Source: Longimicrobiales bacterium (GTDB taxonomy: Bacteria; Gemmatimonadota; Gemmatimonadetes; Longimicrobiales; RSA9). From it: a stretch of 64,000 bases of DNA. The translations under genes were made by a program, and so were the position numbers. Shown piece by piece: positions 46,260 to 56,703 of this stretch; the stretch's first letter is position 1, and every line of letters begins with the position of its first letter. Location of the stretch: positions 1 to 64,000 of the forward strand of contig DATHUY010000122.1 in the NCBI GenBank assembly GCA_035461765.1, in the 5' to 3' direction. The notes under the pieces are model-generated. The model saw only the letters and a list, made by a program, of their open reading frames with translations. It did no database searches and was not told the origin of the DNA.

Positions 46260-46507
46260 GACGGCCTCCGACACGAGAGTCCCCCATCCTCCACCCAAAG
46301 AAAACACCCACGATCTTCGCGGCTGTAGGCATTCAGCCCGCGAGGGCGGTCAGGCTTTCGCCGCCCCGTGGCTGCGGGGGCAGGAAATGCGCAGCGATCG
46401 CCTGCCGTTCCGGATGCACGGGCGCGGAACTTCTCGGCAATCGCCTGTCGGACCGTTAATATGAAGTGCCGCAAGGCAGGTGCCGAATCTTCGAGGAGGC
46501 CGGTCCG

Positions 46508-47623
46508 ATGATGGACGTACTCAAATGGCTGGGGATCGCCGCAGGTGCCGCGGTGCTCTTCATGGCGCTCCAGTTCATCTATCTCGTCGGTGTACTCGCG
46601 TGGAGTGCCGGGAAGACCCGCGGACTCGGTTATTACGGCATGACCCCGGACGGCAGGGCGCGCTACAAGGCTGCGTTGCGGCGGCACGCAATGCTGCTGC
46701 GGCCTGTGCTGTGGCTGGTCGGCCGGTGGTCGACGTTCTCCTACGATCGGGCCAGCATCCGGCACCGCGACGTTCCGGGTCCGAAGGGCACATGCAGTGT
46801 CGAGAGCTTCGCGAGCGGCATGGACTACGAGCCGCGCCCGGAGGATGTCTTCGTCGTCACACAGATGAAGTGCGGGACCACGTGGATGCAGCATGTGGTA
46901 TACGAAGTCGTCATGCGGGGGCGCGGCGACATCGTGGAATCAGGGCGCACGCTTTACGGTGTCGCTCCCTGGCTCGAAGCATTGACGAGCGTGCCGGTCG
47001 CCGACGCGCCGCTGCACGGGACGGAGCGGCCGACACGCATCATCAAGACCCACCTGCCCGCCGCAGCCTGTCCGTTTTCCGGTGACGCACGATACATCTA
47101 CGTCGCCCGCCACCCCGCTTCGTGCTTCGCAAGCTGCGCCGACTTCATAGCGACGAACATGGGCGTGATGGCGCCGCCGCTCGAGCTTACGGAGAAGTGG
47201 TTCTGTTCCGATGCGATGTGGTGGAGCGCGTGGACGGACCATGTGACAGGCTGGTGGCAACGGGCGCGGACGGAGCCGAACGTGCTGTTCATCCGGTTCG
47301 AAGACATGAAACGCGATCTTTCGGGAGTGGTAGTCCGCGTCGCCGACTTCCTCGGGCTGGAGCCGCTCAGCGCAGATGAGCTACGGGAAGTCGTCCGCAA
47401 GTGCAGTTTCGAATACATGCAGGAGCACCGTGCCGCGTTCGAGATGAACCCGCCGCACCTGCTGCAGACCGATGCGGAGATGTTCGTCCGCGGGACGCTC
47501 GACCGTCACCGCGACGTACCCGACGATATGCGCCGTCGCATCCTCGCCTGGTGTGTCGACGACCTGGCGGCCACGGACGTCGACCTCGCGGAAATCTACC
47601 CCGAGGTGACCGCCGCCCGCTGA
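46508..47623 (+). CDS. membrane-anchored sulfotransferase (PAPS-dependent Sulfotransfer_1-like)
   Basis: N-terminal TM (LKWLGIAAGAAVLFMALQFIYLVGVLAW). 5'-PSB-like motif TQMKCGTTWMQHVV. 3'-PB region ..RFEDMKRDL... Start ATG 46508 with GGAGG RBS. Confidence 0.7.
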   Translation: MMDVLKWLGIAAGAAVLFMALQFIYLVGVLAWSAGKTRGLGYYGMTPDGRARYKAALRRHAMLLRPVLWLVGRWSTFSYDRASIRHRDVPGPKGTCSVESFASGMDYEPRPEDVFVVTQMKCGTTWMQHVVYEVVMRGRGDIVESGRTLYGVAPWLEALTSVPVADAPLHGTERPTRIIKTHLPAAACPFSGDARYIYVARHPASCFASCADFIATNMGVMAPPLELTEKWFCSDAMWWSAWTDHVTGWWQRARTEPNVLFIRFEDMKRDLSGVVVRVADFLGLEPLSADELREVVRKCSFEYMQEHRAAFEMNPPHLLQTDAEMFVRGTLDRHRDVPDDMRRRILAWCVDDLAATDVDLAEIYPEVTAAR

Positions 47624-47644
47624 AGGCAATGCGCTTCCCTGCTA

Positions 47645-48931
47645 TCAGGCGTCGAGCGCCTGTCGCAGGTCGGCGATGATGTCTTCCGGGTGCTCGATAC
47701 CAACCGACAGCCTGATGAGCCCATCCGTGATCCCCATGCGCTCCTTGTCCTCGGCCGGCACATCCGCGTGCGTCATCGATGCGGGATGCTCCGCGAGCGA
47801 CTCGGTGCCGCCGAGGCTCACCGCCAGCTTGGCCACCTGGAGCGCGTTCAGCACGCGAAACGCCTCCGCCTCGCCGCCATCGATCTCGAACGAGAACGTC
47901 GAGCCGGGCGAGCGGCACAGGCGGCGATAGACCTCGTACTGCGGCTCCTCCTCTTCCAGGAACCCCAGATAATGCACCCGTCGCACACGCGGGTGCTCGT
48001 TCAGGAACTCGGCCACGTAGCGCGCGTTCTTCATGGAGCAGGTCATGCGCAGCTTCAGCGTCTCGAGCGAACGCATGACCAGCCAGCCCGTCATCGGGTC
48101 ACACATCGTCCCGAGGATGGTGCGCATGCCCCGCACGGACGCGATAAGCTCCTCGGAGCCGAGACACGCACCGGCAATGAGGTCGCTGTGGCCGCCGACG
48201 TACTTCGTCAGCGAATACAGCACGAGATCCGCCCCGTGCGCGAGAGGCTGCTGCCACAGCGGTCCGAGGAACGTGTTGTCCACCACGACCAGCGGCCGGT
48301 GCTGCGGTGTCGCATGCTCGCGCGCGAGCGCCGCACACGCAGCAATGTCCACGAGCGCATTCGTCGGGTTCGCCGGCGTCTCTGTGTAGATCATCCGAAC
48401 CGGCCCCTGCGCTGCGGCCGTGCGCACTGCGTGCTCGAGACCGTCGGCGGAGCCGGCGGCGAACCCGATGCGGCGGACACCGAACTGCGGCAGCACCTTG
48501 TGCAGCAGGTACTCGGTGCCGCCGTAGACGGGCTCGCTGTGCACGATCCAGTCACCGGGCCGCAGCCAGGTCAAAAGCGTGGTCGCAATGGCGCTCATGC
48601 CGCTCGAGAATGCGAGTGCGCTCTCGGCCTCATCCCACAGACACAGGCGCTCCTCCAGCACCTGCAGGTCGGGGTTGTTGATGCGCGAGTAGATGAGGCC
48701 GGGCTCCTCGCTCGGCTTCGGCTGGCGCAGACCGTACGCCAGCTCGAAGAACGCCTTGCCATCCTCGGCCTTCTCGAACACGAACGTCGATGTATGGAAG
48801 ATCGGGCACTTGAGCGCGCCCTCGGACAGCAGAGGGTCATAGCCGTAGCCCATCATCAGCGTCTCGGGCCGGAGCTTCTGACCGGCGACCGTGCGGTGCC
48901 GGTATTCCATGTGTTCGCTGGGCATCGTCAT
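47645..48931 (-). CDS. Cys/Met-metabolism PLP-dependent enzyme (cystathionine gamma-synthase / methionine gamma-lyase family)
   Basis: PLP-lysine motif SLTKYVGGHSD and overall fold-type I gamma-family motifs (..SRINNPDLQVLEERL.., ..VDNTFLGP..). Confidence 0.9.
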   Translation of the reverse strand: MTMPSEHMEYRHRTVAGQKLRPETLMMGYGYDPLLSEGALKCPIFHTSTFVFEKAEDGKAFFELAYGLRQPKPSEEPGLIYSRINNPDLQVLEERLCLWDEAESALAFSSGMSAIATTLLTWLRPGDWIVHSEPVYGGTEYLLHKVLPQFGVRRIGFAAGSADGLEHAVRTAAAQGPVRMIYTETPANPTNALVDIAACAALAREHATPQHRPLVVVDNTFLGPLWQQPLAHGADLVLYSLTKYVGGHSDLIAGACLGSEELIASVRGMRTILGTMCDPMTGWLVMRSLETLKLRMTCSMKNARYVAEFLNEHPRVRRVHYLGFLEEEEPQYEVYRRLCRSPGSTFSFEIDGGEAEAFRVLNALQVAKLAVSLGGTESLAEHPASMTHADVPAEDKERMGITDGLIRLSVGIEHPEDIIADLRQALDA

Positions 48932-48989
48932 CTCTCCTGTCGTGCGATCGTGCCTTACAACGTACTGCCCCCGTGGATGCGCAGGCCAA

Positions 48990-49445
48990 TCACCGACGGC
49001 TTCGGTCCCCTTCCCGCAGACGTCGCGCTCCAGCCGATAACATTCGGCCGGCGACAGTGGCGATGAGAGCGACCACGAATGCCACCCATACCGCGGCCAG
49101 CCAGCGACGGTGCACCCACTCCACGCCGGTCAGTGTGAGCGGGGCGGTCGCGAAGAACCAGCCGGCGAGAGTGATGAGGGCGACGAACAGCCGGGTGGCA
49201 TAGCGTCGTGCCGCGGGCCAGGCGAGTCCCACCATGGCCGCGAGCTCGAGCGCACTGCGCGCGCCCAGCCATGTCAGCGTGCCGAGCGTCGGGATGCGTG
49301 ACATGCGCGACGTCTCGAGCCGCTCGGGTGTCGGCATGGTCGAGAACGCCGACCACGCGTAGGCCATCATGATCAGCCAGGAGATGACCAGCGCCAGGCA
49401 GAACAGGGTGCGCGGCAGCGATCGAGGTACGGCGCCGGTACTCAT
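48990..49445 (-). CDS. hypothetical membrane protein (four TM helices)
   Basis: Start MSTGAVPRSLPRTLFCLALVISWLIMMAY. Hydrophobic helices, no known motif. Confidence 0.45.
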   Translation of the reverse strand: MSTGAVPRSLPRTLFCLALVISWLIMMAYAWSAFSTMPTPERLETSRMSRIPTLGTLTWLGARSALELAAMVGLAWPAARRYATRLFVALITLAGWFFATAPLTLTGVEWVHRRWLAAVWVAFVVALIATVAGRMLSAGARRLREGDRSRR

Positions 49446-49531
49446 GCAATTACGTTGCAACCGATGGACAGCTTGTGCAAATCCGGCGCGGGCGAGACAA
49501 TCAGCGCGTGACTATCCCGGCTTCGGACGGA

Positions 49532-50764
49532 ATGCTGCGCCGCGAGCTCGGCCTGCTCGACGCCGTCGGCGTAGGCTTCGGCGCCATCGTGGGCGCGGGA
49601 ATCTTCGTGGTCACCGGTGTGGCCGCGGGAATCGCCGGGCCCGCGTTCCTGGCGGGGCTGTTCGTCGCCGCAGTCGCCGCGACGTGCAACGCACTCAGTT
49701 CCGCACAGCTCGCGGCCGAGTACCCACAATCGGGCGGTACGTACGAATACGGCTACCGCGTTCTCAATCCCTGGGTGGGATTCGCCGCCGGCTGGATGTT
49801 CCTGGCGAGCAAGATCACGGCGGCAGGTACCGTGGCCCTGGGTCTGGCGGCGTATGTCGATGGCCTCATCCCCGGGCTTCAGCCGCGTGTCATTGCGGTC
49901 GCCGCCATCCTGGCGTTCACGGTCCTCAACTACTTCGGCGTGCGCCGCTCCAGCCGTGCCAACCTGGCCATCGTCGCGGTATCGCTCGGTTCGCTGATCC
50001 TCTTCGTGATTGCCGGACTCCGCGCGTTCGATACGGCCCATCTGCGGCCGTTCGCCCCCGCCGGACTGCGCGGCACGCTCGAATCCGCCGCCATTCTCTT
50101 CTTCGCGTACACCGGCTACGCCCGCATCGCCACGCTCGCGGAAGAGGTGCGCGAGCCGCGCCGCACGATCCCGCGCGCGACGATCATCACGATCGGCGGT
50201 GCGGTACTCCTGTATTTCGGCGTTGCCGTGATCGCGGTGGGGGCTGTCGGTGCGGAGCGCATGGCGGCGACGGCCGCGCCGCTTCAGGTCGCTGCACAGT
50301 CATTCGGTTATTCGTGGGTGGCGACCGTGGTGTCGATCGGCGGTGTGACCGCGATGCTCGGCGTCATTCTGTCGCAGCTGCTGGGGCTCTCGCGCATGGG
50401 CTTCGCCATGGCGCGGCGCGGAGACCTGCCGCAGTTCCTCGCGGCCGTCCATCCCCGGTACGCCGTACCGCACCGTGCCGTGCTCGTCATCGGCGCCATC
50501 GCCGCGGTCGTGGCTGCAACTGGAACGCTGCGCGGCGTGGCCTCCGCCGCATCGTTCACGATCCTGGTTTACTACGGCATTGCGAACGTCGCCGCGCTGC
50601 GGATGCCGCAGACGGCAAAGCTTTATTCCGACGCGATCCCCGCGATCGGCGTGGTGAGCTGTGCGCTGCTCGCGCTGTCCCTCACCCCGCCGGTCATCGC
50701 CATCGGCGCCGCGCTGCTGGCCGGCGGACTGATCGCCCGCTGGCTTGTGAGGCGAACGCAATGA
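49532..50764 (+). CDS. APC-superfamily amino acid permease
   Basis: 12 TM helices. N-terminal ..LGLLDAVGVGFGAIVGAGIFVVTG.. consensus of amino-acid/polyamine/organocation transporters. Confidence 0.85.
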   Translation: MLRRELGLLDAVGVGFGAIVGAGIFVVTGVAAGIAGPAFLAGLFVAAVAATCNALSSAQLAAEYPQSGGTYEYGYRVLNPWVGFAAGWMFLASKITAAGTVALGLAAYVDGLIPGLQPRVIAVAAILAFTVLNYFGVRRSSRANLAIVAVSLGSLILFVIAGLRAFDTAHLRPFAPAGLRGTLESAAILFFAYTGYARIATLAEEVREPRRTIPRATIITIGGAVLLYFGVAVIAVGAVGAERMAATAAPLQVAAQSFGYSWVATVVSIGGVTAMLGVILSQLLGLSRMGFAMARRGDLPQFLAAVHPRYAVPHRAVLVIGAIAAVVAATGTLRGVASAASFTILVYYGIANVAALRMPQTAKLYSDAIPAIGVVSCALLALSLTPPVIAIGAALLAGGLIARWLVRRTQ

Positions 50765-50863
50765 GCGGCCGCCCCCCGCGAACGAGAGCGGCCGCCCCGC
50801 CGACCGGTGAGCGGCCACGACGTAACCGCGGAGGCACGCCGGCAGCCGCTCACGGATCGAACT

Positions 50864-52849
50864 CTACTGCATGTCCGCAGACGGCCGCTGCAGGAACCGC
50901 GCGAACCACTTCTCCTGCTCGCCATCGAGATGCAGCCGGTGCAGCGGCTCGCCGATGCCGTGCCCCTCCCGTGGGTAGCGCAGGAACTCCACCGTCTTCT
51001 CCAGCTTCTTCAGCGTCCGGAAATACTGCTCCGCCTGTGAGATCGGCACGCGCCGATCATTCTCGCCGTGGGTGATGAGCAGCGGTGTCGTCACGTTGGC
51101 CGCGTATTCGACAGGGGACCAGCGCTCGTAGGTCTCCTTCGACTGCACAGGCATCCCGCCGAAACCGAACTCGAGCAGGTTCGGGATATCCGTCTGACCG
51201 TAGAACGAGTACCAGTCGGAGATGCCGGCGTGACCGATCGCGGCCTTGAACCGGTTCGTCTGCGTCACGGCCCAGAACGTCATGAAGCCGCCGTAGCTGC
51301 CGCCCATGATCGCCATCCGCTCCGGATCCGCCACACCCAGTGCGATCACATGGTCGACGCCGTTCATGATGTCGACGTAGTCCTTGCCGCCCCAGTCGTT
51401 CACGTTCGCGTTGCTGAACTCGAACGTGCGGCCCGAGCTGCCGCGCGGATTGCTCTGGAGCACGGCGTAGCCGCGCGCGGCCCACAGCTGTGCGCCCTGG
51501 TTGAACGAACGCGTGTAGCGGCCGTGCGGGCCACCATGCACCTGCAGGATCAGCGGGTAGCGCACGCCGGGCTGATAGTCCACGGGGTAATGCAGCACGC
51601 CCTCGATGTCCCAGCCGTCGGCGCCCTTCCACGTCAGCGGCTCGGCGCGCGCCACGCGGAATTCGCCGAGGCGCGAATTCTCCTGGAGGATCGGCCGCGG
51701 GCGGCGTCCGTCCGCATCCGTCAGATAGACCAGTCCCGGCTCGGCGAGCGTGCTGCCCGTGACCAGCCACTTCGCGCCGTCACGCGACTGCGAGAAGCCG
51801 CTGAACACGAAGTCGTCGTCGAACTGGACAGGAGTGAGCTCGCCACCCTGTGCCGGCGCACGAAACAACTTCTGCGTCAGCCCCTCTGCGGCACTGATGT
51901 AGATGTACCTGCCATCCTTCGACCACTCGATGCTCGATACCGAGTAGTCGTAATCGGCCGTCAGATTCACCGGCGCACCGCCATCCAGCGCCAGCACCTT
52001 CACGTCGTTCTGGTCCGCCGAGTTGTTGGCACGGTCGCTCGACAGGTACGCGATCCGGCGACCGTCCGGCGAGAAGCTCGGGCTGCGGTCCGGGCCGACA
52101 TTAGTGGTGAGCTGGCGCGGCGCGCCGGAATCCGACGGAACCAGGTACAGGTCCGAGTTGTTCGTGTAGCCGGGGTCGCGCACGGTCGCGTTCGAGCGAT
52201 TCGACACATAGGCGATCCAGCGCCCATCCGGTGACCAAGTCGGACTGGAGTGGTCGAACTCGCCTGTCGTCAGCTGCGTCTTCTTCCCCGACGCCACGTC
52301 ATAGACCCAGACGTGGCTGTATGTGAGCTTGTGCTCGGCGAAATAGCCGTCGTCGCGCCGCTTCACACGTCGCTCCCATTCCTTTTCGTCGGGCCGTTCC
52401 GTGTCGTCGGTATACGCTATGCGCGTGTAGTCCGGCGAGAACTCGCCGCCCGGCGCCGCGGTGTCGGCAACGAAACGCTGCGCCTCCCCGCCGTGCGGCG
52501 AGATGACCCACGGCGCGTTGCGGCCATCGCGATCCGACCGGAACATCACCCGCCCGTCCGGCAGCCACTCCGGCCGGCTCTCGCCCTTCGGCGAGTTCGT
52601 CAGCTGCAGTGTGCTGCCGCTCGCGAGGTCGTGCAGGTAAATGTGGGATGTCCCCTCGTATTTCACCGTGTCGCGGTCCGTCCGCGTGAACAGCACCTGC
52701 CGCGCATCCGGTGACAGCGCATAGCTGCCGAACGTCGGCTGGCGCAGCATTTCTTCCAGCGTGATGGTGCGGGCGGACTGGGCTGTGAGCGGTCCCGCAA
52801 CGCAGACGAGGGCCAGCGCGCTCACGAGCACATGGCGGAATCGGATCAT
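50864..52849 (-). CDS. S9 family serine peptidase (prolyl oligopeptidase / acylaminoacyl-peptidase type) with an N-terminal beta-propeller
   Basis: Signal peptide. Repeated TolB-like propeller blades (..SPDGR.IAY..). Catalytic GGSYGG serine motif and C-terminal Asp/His region. Confidence 0.85.
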   Translation of the reverse strand: MIRFRHVLVSALALVCVAGPLTAQSARTITLEEMLRQPTFGSYALSPDARQVLFTRTDRDTVKYEGTSHIYLHDLASGSTLQLTNSPKGESRPEWLPDGRVMFRSDRDGRNAPWVISPHGGEAQRFVADTAAPGGEFSPDYTRIAYTDDTERPDEKEWERRVKRRDDGYFAEHKLTYSHVWVYDVASGKKTQLTTGEFDHSSPTWSPDGRWIAYVSNRSNATVRDPGYTNNSDLYLVPSDSGAPRQLTTNVGPDRSPSFSPDGRRIAYLSSDRANNSADQNDVKVLALDGGAPVNLTADYDYSVSSIEWSKDGRYIYISAAEGLTQKLFRAPAQGGELTPVQFDDDFVFSGFSQSRDGAKWLVTGSTLAEPGLVYLTDADGRRPRPILQENSRLGEFRVARAEPLTWKGADGWDIEGVLHYPVDYQPGVRYPLILQVHGGPHGRYTRSFNQGAQLWAARGYAVLQSNPRGSSGRTFEFSNANVNDWGGKDYVDIMNGVDHVIALGVADPERMAIMGGSYGGFMTFWAVTQTNRFKAAIGHAGISDWYSFYGQTDIPNLLEFGFGGMPVQSKETYERWSPVEYAANVTTPLLITHGENDRRVPISQAEQYFRTLKKLEKTVEFLRYPREGHGIGEPLHRLHLDGEQEKWFARFLQRPSADMQ

Positions 52850-52952
52850 TTCTCTCTCCCGGATGGGCGGGTTCTCGCGGACGCCGTCGGAGCTGACGAG
52901 TGTCCCCGGCGGAGGGGCGCGCGGGACACATCGGCCGCAGGATGGGTGGCGT

Positions 52953-54629
52953 CTAATTTTGCATACGATTGCCCGTCACGCCAGTCGCGTCCGGACGCGC
53001 CACCCGCAGCTCCAGCGGACCCGGCGCGGGGCTCGGCTCCATGGTGATCGAATCCACGCCGGCCGCTCGCAGCGCAGCCACGACTCTTTCCCTGGAAACG
53101 GAATCGGTGACGGCGCTGCGGACGGCTACACGCAGGCGGGGGTAGTGGCGCAGTACGGCGATGAACGCAGCGAGCTGCGTGGTGTCGGTCGGCTCGAGCA
53201 TCAGCAGTGCGGGTCCGGCGCGATGGAAGGCGACTCCGAGCGCAGGGTGCCCGACCGCACGGCGGAGCGTGGTTGCGAGCACCTCCGCCGCCTGCGGCTC
53301 CAGCGGTTGCGGTGCGAGGTAGGCCACCACCGCGCTGTCGGCGGAGATCGGCGCATCGCCACCCTGAATGCTGAGGGTCACGCCGATGGCCTCCGTGCCA
53401 GCGGGAAACGGCAGTACCCACGCCGCGCGTTCCAGGGCCTCGCGTGCCCGGGCGACGGTCTCCGGCCAGGTTGCATCGTCGTCCTCGGAGCGCCGTTCAC
53501 CGGCGCGCAGCAGGGCCTGCAGGGCAGATCCATCGCCGGCGGCAGCCGGGAGCTGTTCGAGCCGCAGCTGAACGGGCTCTCCGGCCAGCTCGGTCGCGCG
53601 GCGTCGGAACGCTTCGCGCGCGTCGCGATCGACGCCCACCGTGGTGGCCACGCGCACGCGTGCCGTTGATGAATCGAGGCCGAGCTCGACCTGACGCCAC
53701 AGGATCGACGTTGCGCCGTCCGCTTCGAGCAGCTGCACGGCCTCGGCAACAGCGCCGCGCACCCGCGCCTCGCGGACGACTTCCCTGAGCGCGGCGGTCA
53801 GGGGAATCGCGAGGGCGGTCACGAAGGCGAGCACCAGCGTGGCGCGGCCGAGAGCGGAGCCGAAAACTTCCGCGCGCCCCACGCCCGGCAGGCTGCAGAC
53901 CCATCGAGCGAGACCGTTCAGCGGTGCAGCCTCGTGCCACTTCCGAGCGGCCTCGACCACGTCACTGCGATGCATGCCGATGAGGAGGAACACGACTACG
54001 CCGCTGAGGACGATACCGGCGAGGTTGGCACCGAGCAGGAGCATCGCACCCCAGACCACGTCGGTCTGCCAGCCCGCCGCCATGCCGAACCCCGTGACGG
54101 CCAGTGGCGGGATGAGCGCAACGGCAACGGCCACGCCGGGAATGGCGGCCGAGAGCCGGCGTCCGCGCGCAATGGTGACCAGCGCGCCCACCATGCCGGA
54201 ACACACGGCCACGCCCAGGTCGAGCGTGGTCGGATGAATGCGCGAGGAAATCTCGAGTGTGAGTGTGCGGAACGGGAGCATAGCCGTCAGACCGGCGGCA
54301 GTCGCGATCACGACCACGAGGCTCACGCCGACAATCACTGACGACTGCAACGCAAGGCGTGAGTCCCCGACGGCGAGCGCCAGCGACAGGCCCATGATCG
54401 GCCCGAGCAGGGGCGCGACGAGCATGGCCCCAATGACGACGGCCGCGCTGTTCATCGCAAGACCGAGCGTGGCGATGGCGCCGGAGAGGATCAGGACCAG
54501 CCAGTAGGAGAGACCGTTGTCGACGGCCGCTTCGGCGGCATCGCGAAAGATCAGCGGGCGGTCGCGCGGCTCGACGTCGAGCTGTTCGCCCGCGACCTCC
54601 TCGATCGGACCCGGTTCATCTGATGGCAA
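52953..54629 (-). CDS. DUF389 family integral membrane protein with a C-terminal soluble domain
   Basis: The N-terminal half has the conserved DUF389 glycine-rich TM core (..VIGAMLVAPLLGPIMG.., ..IPGVAVAVALIPPLAVTGFG..). Long Ala/Arg-rich C-terminal extension. Confidence 0.7.
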   Translation of the reverse strand: MPSDEPGPIEEVAGEQLDVEPRDRPLIFRDAAEAAVDNGLSYWLVLILSGAIATLGLAMNSAAVVIGAMLVAPLLGPIMGLSLALAVGDSRLALQSSVIVGVSLVVVIATAAGLTAMLPFRTLTLEISSRIHPTTLDLGVAVCSGMVGALVTIARGRRLSAAIPGVAVAVALIPPLAVTGFGMAAGWQTDVVWGAMLLLGANLAGIVLSGVVVFLLIGMHRSDVVEAARKWHEAAPLNGLARWVCSLPGVGRAEVFGSALGRATLVLAFVTALAIPLTAALREVVREARVRGAVAEAVQLLEADGATSILWRQVELGLDSSTARVRVATTVGVDRDAREAFRRRATELAGEPVQLRLEQLPAAAGDGSALQALLRAGERRSEDDDATWPETVARAREALERAAWVLPFPAGTEAIGVTLSIQGGDAPISADSAVVAYLAPQPLEPQAAEVLATTLRRAVGHPALGVAFHRAGPALLMLEPTDTTQLAAFIAVLRHYPRLRVAVRSAVTDSVSRERVVAALRAAGVDSITMEPSPAPGPLELRVARPDATGVTGNRMQN

Positions 54630-54635
54630 GTTCCC

Positions 54636-55175
54636 TCAACCCGCGTATCTGGCGACGATCTGTTTCACGGTGTTCAGATTCCGCATCGTGCTCGACGCTG
54701 ACCCCAGCGCCTTCTCCAGCTCGCGACCATTTACGGGCGAGTCGGTCAGACGCCCACGCCGCAGCCACAACACGTCGCGACCGGGCACGTGAAACTGGTC
54801 GTCCGGTCCCTCCAGCGCTGCGAGCGCCTGCCTGATACCCGCGTCCGGCTTTCTGCGAAGGAAGATCACGTGGAGGTTGAAGCCCTCCGCGCGCGCCGGT
54901 TCCACCAGATCCAGCTGCGTGATCCGCTCCAGATCCCCGACGGAGCGGATGAACGTCGCCACATCGTACCCTAGCGACTTCGCGAGGTGTGCCTCGAGGC
55001 CGGCCTCGAGCGCCTGCAGCCCCGATCCCGAATGCGGGAAAATGACGTTCCCGCTCGCGATCCAGGTGGCGACATCGCTCAGGCCGAACGCTTCGAACGC
55101 ACGCCGGAGATCGTCCATCTTCACACGGCGGCGGCCGAGATTGATGCCGCGGAGAAAAGCGACGTGCCTGTTCAT
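54636..55175 (-). CDS. DUF1697 family protein
   Basis: Start MNRHVAFLRGINLGRRRVKMDDLR, the conserved DUF1697 N-terminus, with a GGAG-like RBS. Confidence 0.75.
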   Translation of the reverse strand: MNRHVAFLRGINLGRRRVKMDDLRRAFEAFGLSDVATWIASGNVIFPHSGSGLQALEAGLEAHLAKSLGYDVATFIRSVGDLERITQLDLVEPARAEGFNLHVIFLRRKPDAGIRQALAALEGPDDQFHVPGRDVLWLRRGRLTDSPVNGRELEKALGSASSTMRNLNTVKQIVARYAG

Positions 55176-55391
55176 CTCCCTGATTCGCCCCTGTCCTGCG
55201 GGCCGGAACCCGACCCATGCCGAGGCGTCATCATAGTGTGCCTCCCGCGACCATACCAGTCGTGAGTCACGGGCGGGGGCGGGCACGTGGCCGTTCGATT
55301 AGCGACCGGGCGCACGCCGTGTCATATTCGCGGGAGTCATTCCTGAGCGATGCGGAGCCGACCCGCACGACCCACGACCGGACAGGCAGCA

Positions 55392-56573
55392 ATGACAGAG
55401 GCAGACCGTCACCGCACGGCCGTGCGCACGCACGGCTTCACGGAATCGGTGATTCGCGAGATGACACGCGTGGCCAACGAGGCCGGCGCTCTCAATCTGG
55501 CTCAGGGTTTCCCCGACTTCGATGCGCCTGCGGTGCTGAAGGAAGCAGCGTGCGCGGCCATCCGCGCCGACGTGAACCAGTATGCCGTGACGTGGGGCGC
55601 ACCGCGGCTCCGACGCGCACTGGCTGCGAAGTATGCGCGGGAATACGGTATCGACATCGACGAAGCGCGCGAGATCACGGTAACGTGCGGCGCGACGGAA
55701 GCGATGGCCGCTGCGCTACTGGCAGTGATCAATCCGGGCGATGAGGTGCTGATCTTCGAGCCGTTCTACGAGAACTATGGCCCGGATGCCATCCTGTGCG
55801 GTGCCCGACCCGTGTGGCTGCCGCTCGACTCGTCGGCGACGGTGGATCTGGACGCGGTGCGGGCCCATGTCACGCCGCGCACGCGCGCGATCATCGTCAA
55901 CTCACCGAACAATCCGTCGGGGCGCGTGTTCAGCCGAGACGAGCTGCAGGGTCTGGCGAACATCTGCATCGAGTATGACCTGCTCGCCATCACCGACGAG
56001 ATCTACGAGCATCTGGTGTACGAGGGCAGTCACATCCCTATCAGCACGCTCGACGGAATGCGCGAACGCACGATCACCATCAGCGGGGCATCGAAAACGT
56101 TCAGCGTCACAGGCTGGCGTGTCGGCTGGATCGTCGCGCCGGCGGACCTGACGGCCGCGATTCGGAAGGTCCACGACTTCCTCACCGTCGGTGCACCCGC
56201 ACCGCTCCAGGAAGCCTGCGCCGTGGCCATCGAGCAGCTCGGCGATGATTACTACAGCGCCCTGTGCGCCGGCTATCGCGAGCGGCGCGACATCCTCTAC
56301 GCCGGTCTGGTCTCAGCCGGTTTTCGCTGCGCACCACCTGCCGGCGCGTATTACATCCTGGCCGACTTCAGCGACCTATCGGAGGATGCCGACGACGTCT
56401 TCGCGCGCCGGCTCGCGCGCGGAACCGGCAACGGCGATGGCGTGGCCGGCGTGCCGGGTTCCAGCTTCTTTCATGATCCGATGCAGGGCCGCACGCTCAT
56501 TCGCTTCGCGTTCTGCAAGCAGTTGCCTACGCTGGAGGCGGCGGTCGGTCGGCTGCGGGGTCTGGTGTCGTAG
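55392..56573 (+). CDS. class I/II PLP-dependent aminotransferase (methionine/kynurenine aminotransferase-like)
   Basis: ..LAQGFPDF.., ..NSPNNPSG.., and the PLP-lysine context SGASKTFSVTGWRVGW. Confidence 0.85.
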   Translation: MTEADRHRTAVRTHGFTESVIREMTRVANEAGALNLAQGFPDFDAPAVLKEAACAAIRADVNQYAVTWGAPRLRRALAAKYAREYGIDIDEAREITVTCGATEAMAAALLAVINPGDEVLIFEPFYENYGPDAILCGARPVWLPLDSSATVDLDAVRAHVTPRTRAIIVNSPNNPSGRVFSRDELQGLANICIEYDLLAITDEIYEHLVYEGSHIPISTLDGMRERTITISGASKTFSVTGWRVGWIVAPADLTAAIRKVHDFLTVGAPAPLQEACAVAIEQLGDDYYSALCAGYRERRDILYAGLVSAGFRCAPPAGAYYILADFSDLSEDADDVFARRLARGTGNGDGVAGVPGSSFFHDPMQGRTLIRFAFCKQLPTLEAAVGRLRGLVS

Positions 56574-56640
56574 CACACACTCAGAGCGACGACGACGCCC
56601 GCCGCCAAGGCTCGAACGTCGCGGCCGATGGTTGAACACG

Positions 56641-56667
56641 CAAAAGGGCGCCGGTCTCCCGGCGCCC
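56641..56667 (-). terminator. rho-independent terminator for the susC-susD operon: 9-bp stem GGGCGCCGG / CCGGCGCCC with a 4-nt loop, then TTTTG on the minus strand
   Basis: Perfect stem. AAAA on the plus strand at 56642-56645 becomes the 3' U-run for the minus-strand transcript. Located 37 nt below the susD stop. It may also terminate the convergent aminotransferase gene. Confidence 0.7.
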
Positions 56668-56703
56668 TCCTGTGCTTACCTGCGACCCACTTCGATCAGC
56701 GGA

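Noticed and set aside
49369-51075. 568-aa plus-strand ORF overlapping the APC permease and S9 peptidase region
   Set aside because: Composition is ~30% Arg/Gly/Pro with no motifs. It is frame-shadowing a well-supported permease in another frame. The same reasoning applies to 47690-49066, 51068-52234, 52761-53669, 59688-61358, 62553-63377, 43421-44536, 39874-41091, 37121-38077, 35844-36494, 9959-10951 and 20964-21671.
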